DNA of 64,000 nt, from positions 1,674,001 to 1,738,000 of the forward strand of contig NC_067399.1 of the NCBI RefSeq assembly GCF_016432865.1, in the 5' to 3' direction. Both the position numbers and the translations under genes were made by a program. How positions within the stretch are numbered: position 1 is the stretch's first letter; each line of letters opens with the position of its first letter. This DNA comes from Antechinus flavipes (taxonomy: Eukaryota). Under the pieces are notes generated by a model. That model had not been told where the DNA came from. It saw only the letters and a program-made list of their open reading frames with translations, and made no database searches. This document shows, in pieces, positions 1 to 9,653 of this stretch.

Positions 1-1001
1 GTGAACTGAGGAGGTGGAATAGGAAATGTACGTACAGAGAATGGAAAATCAGGCCGGGTAAGGGCATAAATTCAAAGGTGGGGTGTGATCTATGGGAAGA
101 ATCTCAGGAGTGCCCCCTTGTAACTAGCCAAAGTGGGCAAAGAAAACCAAAAGTAATGAAAGGTTTCTATAAAATTGTGAGAAAGAAGCTCAGGGGAAGA
201 GAGAGAGGTCAGCCAGCTTATATCTGACACATATCTGGGTCACCAGGTGACCCAGAAAGCTAACAAGGTGGGAAAAGAGAAAAAATCACTTGGGGAGGGA
301 TTGTGGGAAGACAGGCACACAAATTCATGGGCAGCAATGAGCTTATTCAAAGAGTTAAAGAAAATTACTTGGAATTGTGCAAGAGAAGTCACCAAACTGC
401 TTGAGAAAATTGCTGACCCAAAGATCTCATCATGGAGTCTATACCAGAAGTAGGGAACTGTCAGCCAAAAACAAACCCTGAGTAAAGAAATCTCCATAGG
501 TTGTTCCTATCCTGGGATAGCAAAAAGCTAGAAGCGAAATTCACCTCCCCAGAAGCCCCTGCGCTGAGTCATCCCTGCCCACTTTCTGGCTCCTGACCCC
601 TTTGCTCTTGGTCAGCTTTCCTCTGCATCCCTCAGCCCAGCAGATCACACTAGCTCAGGTTCAGGTGAGAGAGCAGCCCTTTGTGTCTCCACACCCAAAC
701 CTGCTGAACCTGTTCTTTAGCTCATCCAAGGCGGGAGCAAACACCTACAGGCCCCAAACCCAGTGCCCTGGGGAGGTTTTCATTTCCACAGAGGACAAAA
801 ATCTAGAGCCCCAGAGGAACACCTCCCTGGTGCCCCTGTCCTGATCTGGCCTGCAAAGGAGCTGTTCCAATGACACAAATAAATGGAAGAAAAAGGGCCC
901 TGAGGAAGCTGATCTCTACTTGGACAAACGCAGGGCGGCCCCTGATCCCAGGCAAGTCCTGTCAGCCAGACCCGGCTTCAGTCTAAGAAGCCAAGTGGCA
1001 G

Positions 1002-2362
1002 ATGGAAGGACCTCAGCCAGTGACCCTTCCCTCCGGAGGGAACCCTCTCCCTCCCGAACTCCCTCCCGGGCAGTCTTTTCTGCCGGGAGAACGCGAATTC
1101 TCGAGATTCGTCCTAACATCAGGCCCAAATCCAGCCTCGGAAACGCCTCCCACTGCTCCTGGTTCCGGCACAGGACGCAGACCTGAGGAAGGAAGACAGC
1201 CGGGATGGGAGGTGGGGGGGGGGGGGGGCGTTGGCTGCAAACCTCGGGATGGAAGAAGCTTCCGATGCGCTAGAACACGGGCTGAAGCTCCTCTCATGGG
1301 GGGAAGGGGGGGGGGATCAGGGTAGAGCCCGGCATGGCTGCGGGCAAGGATTTCCCCATCACCGCTGGCTTCTGGACCCTGATGGGCCCCCCAGAGGTGG
1401 AGACGCCCCAGAGCCCCTTGTCTAGGGGACAAAAGAAGCGCCCGATTTCCGCTGACCCGGAATGTGCGGCTGCTCTGGGTTTCCCTTCTCTTCCAGAACG
1501 GTTTCCGCGACCGGGCTGAACTCTTGCCTTCGGGGCTATGGTCTGAGGGCCTGGTGCTGACCAGCCACAGACCCGCTCCCACCTCTTTGTCGCCTGGAGA
1601 CGTCCTTAGAATGAACTTGAGCTGCCCAGAGAGAGCCGCAGCCCTGCAGGGGGGCTCACAGAAAAGGAGAATAGAACCGGCGCACCGAGGGCAGGTCCTG
1701 GAGCTCACTTCTCCAGGGGGGGCCTGGACTAGCAGGGCAGGGGCCAATCTCCCCTGGGGGTGAGTGAGGGGCCCGAAGCATCTTTCCAATGTTCACGGAC
1801 CCCCACTTGTTGCTCCTCCAGCAAAGGACAATCAGCGGCACTAATTAGCCGATTAGTCTTAATTAGCCCTTGGGTCCCCTGAACATCTGGACACAGTCTG
1901 TAAAGGGCTGAAGCTCTGAGTGATGCACTGGGGTCGGACAACCCAGCACTTCAGGCTAGTTCCCATTGGACAATAATCTATTAGCATGTGCTTGGAAAAT
2001 GGCCCTTCCCACCATCCTGGGCTGGCTCCATGATTGGTGGATACAGAGAATTGTGGGAGGGACCAGGGGGAGGAGGAAGCCGGGCCAGGGTCACTTTGGC
2101 CGTGGAAGAAGAGGAGGTCCCGGAGATCCTCCCTCCATCCCCTTCACTTCTACCTCTAAAGACCGAGAATAAAGACCAAGGGCTTTTGCTTATCCTGACT
2201 CGGCCGATTCTGAGGCTTCCGGGGCTTGACACAGTCTCCCCCAGGCAGCTCCTGACCCCGGGAACGCAGACTGGAGGGGAAAGGGACCGATGGAAGCCCC
2301 TCCTCCCCTGGCGGAGTCCCCCGGCCCGGGGCAGCTCTCCCCTGGGCTCCTCACCTCCTTAA
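1002..2362 (+). CDS. Candidate uncharacterised Pro/Gly/Ser-rich spliced ORF, about 196 aa (exons 1002-1211, 1497-1759, 2245-2362)
   Basis: Exon 1497-1759 has a branch-like CTGAC, a strong acceptor (gggtttcccttctcttccag), a strong donor (GG|GTGAGT) and only one open frame. It joins in phase with donor GAG|GTGGGG at 1211. The terminal exon choice is ambiguous. No recognised homology. Confidence 0.25.
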
Positions 2363-2831
2363 TGTGTCCAGTTGTTCCGAAGCAACCAAAGCAGGGGCTG
2401 CTGCCCGGTCCCTGCAGTTCTGAAGGCTAAGTGTGGGGGAGGAAGAAGAGGATCAGGAGGAGGAGGGGAAAGAGAAGGAGGAGGGGGGAGAAGGAGAGGA
2501 GGAGGAGGAGACAGAGCAGCGGGAGGAACAGCGGGAGGAAGAAGAGAAGTCGAGTCATCCGACTCTCCCAAGTTCTCAGGTTCACTCTGGGCTTTGGGCA
2601 GAGGCTCTCGAACTCTTCTCCCACCCCAAGCAATTTTCTCTCAGGAGCTGGTGGCAACTGCAGCCCCATGGAAATGAGGGTCCGAGCCCAAACTGACCCA
2701 TTGGGGCTGGGTCCCTCACCAATCCCAATTCCCTTCCTGAGCATTATCACTGCCCCTTATCCAAGAGCCTCGAAAATGGCCGAGACCTCTTTCTAACCTC
2801 GTGGAAATGCCCCTGATTAGTAGATTGACTT

Positions 2832-2883
2832 AATAAAGGTGTTTTTGCTGAATTAGACTCACTTTATGGGGCAGAAAAATAAA
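2832..2883 (+). terminator. Candidate polyA signal AATAAA (2832-2837) with GT-rich downstream element; second AATAAA at 2878
   Basis: taataaaggtgtttttgctg. Confidence 0.4.
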
Positions 2884-3175
2884 GCAGGAGACAGAGCTAG
2901 AGGAGGGGGAATGATGGGACGGGGGAGAGGCTTCCCAGCCCTGGGGGCCTCCCCAGCACCGCTGTCCCAGGGAGTGTGTCCCAGCTGCCCCTCCCTACAG
3001 TTGGAGCATCCAACAGTAGACCACAAAGGGCAGGGGGCTCTGGGAGGGAAAGTAGGGGCAGCCCAGTGAGATCCCGCTCACCCTGCCCCCTCCTTCTCCA
3101 TTTGTCCCTGCCTCTTTGTCTCTGGGTCTGTCTCTGTCCCCCTCTGTCTCTCTCTCCGTCTCTGTCTCTCTGTGT

Positions 3176-3715
3176 NNNNNNNNNNNNNNNNNNNNNNNNN
3201 NNNNNNNNNNNNNNNNNNNNNNNNNNNNNNNNNNNNNNNNNNNNNNNNNNNNNNNNNNNNNNNNNNNNNNNNNNNNNNNNNNNNNNNNNNNNNNNNNNNN
3301 NNNNNNNNNNNNNNNNNNNNNNNNNNNNNNNNNNNNNNNNNNNNNNNNNNNNNNNNNNNNNNNNNNNNNNNNNNNNNNNNNNNNNNNNNNNNNNNNNNNN
3401 NNNNNNNNNNNNNNNNNNNNNNNNNNNNNNNNNNNNNNNNNNNNNNNNNNNNNNNNNNNNNNNNNNNNNNNNNNNNNNNNNNNNNNNNNNNNNNNNNNNN
3501 NNNNNNNNNNNNNNNNNNNNNNNNNNNNNNNNNNNNNNNNNNNNNNNNNNNNNNNNNNNNNNNNNNNNNNNNNNNNNNNNNNNNNNNNNNNNNNNNNNNN
3601 NNNNNNNNNNNNNNNNNNNNNNNNNNNNNNNNNNNNNNNNNNNNNNNNNNNNNNNNNNNNNNNNNNNNNNNNNNNNNNNNNNNNNNNNNNNNNNNNNNNN
3701 NNNNNNNNNNNNNNN
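3176..3715. other. Assembly gap (N run) next to a CT/GT low-complexity tract
   Basis: 540 N. Confidence 1.
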
Positions 3716-4536
3716 ACTTGTTCCCTTCTCCCTCCCCCCCACTAGTGCAGGGAACAGGCTGCACCGGACCCCCCCCCCCCACCAGTGTGTCCACCTGTCT
3801 TCTTGCCCCTGGGCCTGGGCTTCCCTCCCTTGCTCCGAGGGGGCCCTGGAGGAGGAGCAGAAGGTCCGAGAGCCTGCGATGACCCGCCCCTTCCGGCTCA
3901 GTCACTGCTCGGGACAGAGCAAGAGAAGCGGCTTTTTCTCAGGAAGGGGGGGGCGGGTGCAGGGAAAGACCAGCAATGACCTTGACGGGGTTAAGTTCTC
4001 AAACTCCGCTTCCCTCCCCTGGTTCCCCCTTTGGTTTCCAGCTTGAAGCCCCCCCCCCCGGAGGTCCCGGGCAGGGGAGGAGGGGAGACGGCCAGAACCT
4101 CCCTGAAGGGCTTCCCACTTAAGCAGTGACCCCGTTTCTGCAGATCCCGGAGCTGGTCCCGAGGGGGTTAATCCCGGAGCCCGGCTGCAGGAAGAGCCTC
4201 ATTAACCCGCTGGAATTCCACGGCCTGGGGCCTCCGGGCACCCGCAGAGGGAGAAATCGGGAGAAAAGTCCAGAGCTGGGGGGGCAGAGAGGGCCGCGAA
4301 GGGTCCCGGAGGGGGGAGAGGGAGTGCGGGGGACACACCCGAGGTCCTTCAGTCCTCAGCCTCGGAGCCGGCACAGAGAAAGAAGAGGAACCATAAGGGA
4401 GGCTCTTTCCTGTCGGATCCGGTGCCTTCCTCTGGGACAGTCCCCACCCTAGTACAGACCCCATCCCTCCTCCCTGAACCACAGCCCCAGAACCCCAACC
4501 CCTGGGCCACAGTCTCCAGCACCTTATGACTGGACT

Positions 4537-5127
4537 ATGGCAGTAGCCAATGGGTGTCCTTCCAGCCTCCAGCCTCCCCCCTCCTCAGTCTATCCTGCAT
4601 CCCCCAAAGGGATTTCCCTAAAGCTCCTGTCACCCCTCCCCAACCCCATTCAGTTCGCCTCAGCGGGTCTGTATCACTTCCAGGGTACAAATTACTTTTG
4701 GGGGCCTCCCCTGCCCCCACCTCCCCACTCTCTCTTCCCTCCTTTGCCCCCTGGGTCACCTGATTCATTGCAGCCACCAGTCTCCCCACTGGCCTCCCCG
4801 AGTCCTCCTCCACTGGCCTCCCCACCAGCCTCCCCACCAGCCTCCCCACCAGCCTCCCCACCAGCCTCCCCACCGGCCTCCCTGAGTCCTCCTCCACCAG
4901 GCTGCCAAGAGGGGCTTCCCTTTCTGCCCCAGAGGTCTCGGAGGCTCCCCGGGGGCTGCCTCCCCAGCACTCCCGCTCTGGCCTCCATGACCTCTCTGTT
5001 CCCCTCGGCCCCTCCGACCCAACATTGGGGGCCCCGGCGCTCACCAGGAGACCCCGGCCACAAGCAGACTCATTTTCTCCCCCTTTTTTCCGTAGGGAGG
5101 GAAGTAGGAGGAAGAGAAAACCAATGA
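4537..5127 (+). CDS. Candidate proline/serine-rich ORF, 196 aa, with in-frame SPPA repeats
   Basis: ATG in strong Kozak context (actATGG) and a frame-preserving 12-bp repeat. No recognised homology, and it could be a chance ORF in C-rich DNA. Confidence 0.2.
   Translation: MAVANGCPSSLQPPPSSVYPASPKGISLKLLSPLPNPIQFASAGLYHFQGTNYFWGPPLPPPPHSLFPPLPPGSPDSLQPPVSPLASPSPPPLASPPASPPASPPASPPASPPASLSPPPPGCQEGLPFLPQRSRRLPGGCLPSTPALASMTSLFPSAPPTQHWGPRRSPGDPGHKQTHFLPLFSVGREVGGRENQ
4791..4895 (+). repeat. 12-bp tandem repeat (ccagcctcccca, about 6 copies) bracketed by a 22-bp direct repeat
   Basis: Read directly; flanks are ggcctccc(c/t)gagtcctcctcca. Confidence 0.9.
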
Positions 5128-7834
5128 CTTTAATTTTTAAGTTTAAAAGGGTTTAGAACCTGGGGATTAATGGGAGGGCACACCCCATGTTTGTGTTTCC
5201 GTGACAACCGGGGGCTCATCTTCGCGGGCGTCGGGGGGCGGGGCCTGTCTCACAGGCAGCTGCGCAGCCCCTGAGTGGGTGTGTGTCCCTGTGCCCTGTG
5301 CCAGGGGCACCGAGGCCGGCTTCACGACGCCATTGATGGATGGATCCGTGGGCCTGCTAAGGTGGGCACTTGGGGGAGGGAGATGCAGGCAAACTGGAGC
5401 CGTGCTTGGTGACGTCCGGGCGGGCTCTGGGGCCCTGATAGAGGCCCTGGGGGTCCCCGTGGGGGCCACGAGGAAGGGCCAGGCTCGATGACCGCTGGGC
5501 CAGGGCCAGCTGGACAGGGATGACGATGCTGGGGAGGAGAGCCGGGCCTGGGCCTGGGCAGAGCTCCGAGGGCGGGGTCATGGTGGGAGAAGGGGGCCCG
5601 GGGAGGTGGCAGACCCCCCCAAACTTCTGGATGGAATCCTGTGTGGGCTGGCCCCGGCCCAGGTGGCCTCCCAGCCGCATCCGGGCCACAGCCTGGCTCT
5701 GGTGGTGGGTGGTCCCGGCAGCTCCTTGCCAAGCCCAGCCCTGCAAGGGAGAGTGGGCGGCCCCCTCCTCCATCCCAGGAAACGCGGAGCCTTCCTGCTG
5801 AAAGCTGAGGCTGCCTGGACTCCGAGGGCCCCACCACGGGGTCCCCGCCGGGGAACCAGCACAAGTCTCCCTGTCGGGAGCAAAGGTGGCAAGAGTATTT
5901 CCAAGAACCCGTAAGGGATGCTCGGACGGGCACCGGGGTGCAGAAAGCCGCCTGCCCCCCCGGGGTCCCGGCCATTTCTCCTACGGGCGGAGGGCGGCGC
6001 TTACTCTCCTCAAACTTCCCGCGACGCCCCTCGCTCCGAGGCTGGAGGCCCCCAGACCCTTCGGAAGCTTCTCTCACTTTTGCCTGAATCTCAGCCCAAA
6101 CCCCTTTGGCTTCGAAGTGCGGAGTCCCCTGGTTTGCCTGGGACTGGCGCCCCTGGGCCGGGGTCCTGGAAGGAAGGAGCCGTCAGCCAACAACAGTCTC
6201 CCCCGACTGAGAAACATCCCCAAAGGGCTGCGCCCAAGGAGGGCCAAGAAAGAGGGAAAAGGCGCATGACACGCACAGGAGCAATCGGTGGCGAGGAGCC
6301 GGCAAGCTTGGCCAGGCTGAGAGCCCTGGCCCCGAGCAGTGAGGGGGAGGATGGTTCTGGCCAAGGAGGGGACGACCAGAGCCGGGACCAGGCCAGATAG
6401 TGGGCTTGGACAGACAGGAAAGGAACCGTCCAGTGACCGGCAGGGAGCCAGAGGGCTCGTGCTGCTCCCCCCCCAGAGGGAGGAGGACTCGGCCCCCGCA
6501 GCCTCTTCTCTGCCCTCCTTTTTGGGGAGGGGAGGGGAAAGGTCCTGCAGGACCATTCTGCAGAGACGACTACACTCATTTCAATAAGCTTGTTTTCCTT
6601 GGCTGCTCCCTGGCTAGAGGAGGGGGAGGAGGAAGAGAATTTGAAGTCTCTGTGCTTTAAAAAGTAGAGGATCCACAGCCATAAGGAGGTGGCCGCTGGC
6701 TGGGTGCGCCCCTTACGGGACAATCTCTCCTTGGAGGGGAGCGATGATCTGCCCGGGGCGAGGAGGAGGGGGACGCCCCCCCCAAAAGCAATCTGCCACC
6801 GTATCAAAAAAGCCAGCCCAAATGGGGTCTCAGAGGCCGGCATCCTTCCCAAAGCAGACGGAGAAGTAGGTCCCAGGCTCAGGGGCTGGTGCTCCTCGGG
6901 GAGCTCCCCGGGGAACAGGCCGTCAGCTTCCCGCCGACTCGCAGCCCTGCGCTTCCCCGGCCTTGCACTCCACGTGCAGCAGACTGCATCTGGGGCCCAG
7001 GAGAATCTGGGACCCGCTCAGGCCCCTTCCGCGGAGCCTTCCAATCCACCGGAGCTTCGACAGGACGTTATCAGGGCCTCCTGTCTCCGCACTGAGTTCC
7101 CGAGCAGTCATAGCAGAGCCCGAGGGAAGATTTGCTGGGACTGTTCCTGCCCCTGAACCTGCTAAACCTGCTAAAAAATGGGACAGGAAGGCTCTGCTGC
7201 AGGTCGGAAACAGTCAGACTGAGAGCCCGGGAGGGGGCTGAGGAAACCAGACTGAGATTCCCCGGGGTCTCCACTAGCCGCTGGCTGGGGGCGGCCGGCT
7301 GGTCTGCACCCCAACAGGGCCAGCGGGAGCCCTGAGCTCTACAAGCCCAGGCAGCTGAAGGGAATGACCAGCCCGGGGATGGAGACTGGCCAATGGCCCC
7401 GAGAGGCTGGGCTGAGAGCAGCCCGGGAAGGGCAGAGCCCAGACACCCGGGGACATTCCCAGAGAACACCGGCTGCTCTTCAGAGGTGCGAGGGGTTCCC
7501 CGAGCGCACACTTACCCGTTCTGCCCCCCCCTCCCCACACGTTCCCCACGCGCCTGCCGCTGTCAGCGCGGACCCTGGAGGAGAGGGCAGAGCGTCTCCT
7601 CTCTGCCCCACCCGCTCATGCTGCCCCGCGCTTTGGTAAAATGAGTGTATGTCACGCGTTCCTGGGGCTGATGAGCTGCGTTTTGAGAGGGTCTTGAGCT
7701 CTCAGATGCAGGAGCCCTTATGGGGGGAGGGGGATCGGGCGCTACATATACGCCACCCTTGTTTGGTAATGTCTGTCTGCAGATGTGACGTTCTGAACTG
7801 AGCACAATCATTCCTGATTTCTAAATCCAATCCC

Positions 7835-7935
7835 ATCGACCACAACTGATCAGCATCTGCTCTGAGAAAGCCAGAGGGGATAAAAAGACAAAATGACTCC
7901 GCAGTTGCCCTCAAGGAGCTTGCTGTTCTATTGGG
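7835..7935 (-). mobile_element. L2 3' tail fragment
   Basis: ggggataaaaagacaaaatg...gccctcaaggagcttgctgttctattggggg. Confidence 0.6.
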
Positions 7936-8625
7936 GGCTGTGGCGCCCAGACGGGTCACTGTAAGGGAGGGCAGAGGTAAGGAGACGTCAGAAAAAGTGC
8001 TCCTGGAAAATCAGAGAACGCACTTCCCTCCAGGGTGGAGTCTAAGAGAACAGAGACCCTCAAACCATCCCTTATTCCGGACACCAGGACACTCCCTACT
8101 TCCCTCAGAGAAAAAAGATCCTTCTGTCTTGGACCTCTGGCCACTGACCCCTCCCATATGCAATGCTAGGAATCTGTGGCCCATCCCTCTGTAAACCTGG
8201 GAGCTCCCAGAAGACATCGGGCTGGGTAGCCCCAAGATGGGGCGGGTACTTAATAACACCGCAGAGAAAAAGGGGGAACCCGCTGAAGAAAGTTTGGGGG
8301 GTTGCTTGAGGGAGGGAGCACAGGGGAAGGAGGAGGAGAAAGAAGAGGGAAAGCAGAAAAGGAAAAGGGAGGAACAGGAAAAAAGGCAAGAAGAAAGATG
8401 GAAAATGGAGAGGGAGAGGAGGAGGGACACCCCTTCCCCAGTGGGTGACCTTTCTGCCATGGGCCTTTAACCTGAGGCTTCTTCAGTACAGGAACTCAAC
8501 CACCTTGCTTCGGGAGGGACTGAGGGGGGGAAGGGTGTCTTTCCCTAAGGATAGAGGGGATACCATATGTAAAGGGATGGGGTAAGAGAGGGTGGACTTC
8601 CTGGCTAAAGCCCCCACGTCCTTTA

Positions 8626-8673
8626 AATAAATACAAAGCCTTTCTTGGCTGATTCTGATTGTTTTTTAATAAA
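8626..8673. terminator. PolyA signal cluster: ATTAAA(-) 8670-8665 (probable EVA1A 3' end), AATAAA(+) at 8626 and 8668
   Basis: AT-rich island about 1 kb past the EVA1A stop codon. The hexamers are directly visible. An N gap lies in the intervening UTR. Confidence 0.55.
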
Positions 8674-8788
8674 ATATATAAAACAATGTGCATTTGTATT
8701 CATGGAAGACTATCCTGGAACTAAGGCACAGAGGCTGACTGGCTGGCCCAGGGCATCCTCAAATATCTGTGTATTCATAGGTGTTCTT

Positions 8789-9064
8789 NNNNNNNNNNNN
8801 NNNNNNNNNNNNNNNNNNNNNNNNNNNNNNNNNNNNNNNNNNNNNNNNNNNNNNNNNNNNNNNNNNNNNNNNNNNNNNNNNNNNNNNNNNNNNNNNNNNN
8901 NNNNNNNNNNNNNNNNNNNNNNNNNNNNNNNNNNNNNNNNNNNNNNNNNNNNNNNNNNNNNNNNNNNNNNNNNNNNNNNNNNNNNNNNNNNNNNNNNNNN
9001 NNNNNNNNNNNNNNNNNNNNNNNNNNNNNNNNNNNNNNNNNNNNNNNNNNNNNNNNNNNNNNNN
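8789..9064. other. Assembly gap (N run) inside the putative EVA1A 3' UTR
   Basis: 276 N. Confidence 1.
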
Positions 9065-9653
9065 AGAACTTGGGATTTTGCTCTTTGAGGTTAACATTCA
9101 ATGACCATTGAAAGCCTTCAGGAGAAGTGAGAAAAGAGCCAGCACTGGAGGCCTCCAGACCTGAGGCCGAAGTCCCAAAGTCGAGGGAGTACCGGGACTG
9201 GGGGAGGGGGAATCTCTGGTCCTGAGAAAGAAGTCTTCCTAGGGGGGTCCCCGGCACCATTCCCGGCATCTCTTCATGGCAGAGCCCCCGGGGGGCTCCG
9301 GGCCCAAGGGCCGGGTGATGTCCATCTCAGAGGGCAGCCATCACCCGCCTGGGCAGAAGAGCAGAGGCTGGAGTGGGGAGCGAAGGGGGAGGGGCTGGAG
9401 CCAGGCCCGCTCACCCACTGTACCCTGAAGAGGGGGCCCGGAGGAGGAGAGAGAATGGGGGGCAGAGCCATGAGCCCCTTCTCCCGCCCTCTGCCTAGGG
9501 GCCGCCTCCGAAGGAGAGGCTGACGGCCGAGGTCCGCTCCCCGGCCGGAGCAGAGGCGGGCCGCCTAGCACCTGGGACAGAGGCCCGCGGGCAGGCCGGT
9601 CTCCCGGCCCCTCCCCCCACGCCCGCGGTCCGCCGGCTCTCCCCGCGCCCCCC

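Noticed and set aside
1966-2172. QRIVGG motif suggesting a trypsin-like protease activation site
   Set aside because: What follows (TRGRRKPG) lacks the expected PWQV/xSL and catalytic His-Cys motifs; chance match.
5201-8470. Apparent single decayed long ORF, because many plus-strand ORFs share one frame
   Set aside because: At least eight stops in that frame, and an L2 tail lies within it at about 7835-7935; not distinguishable from GC-rich background without orthologues.
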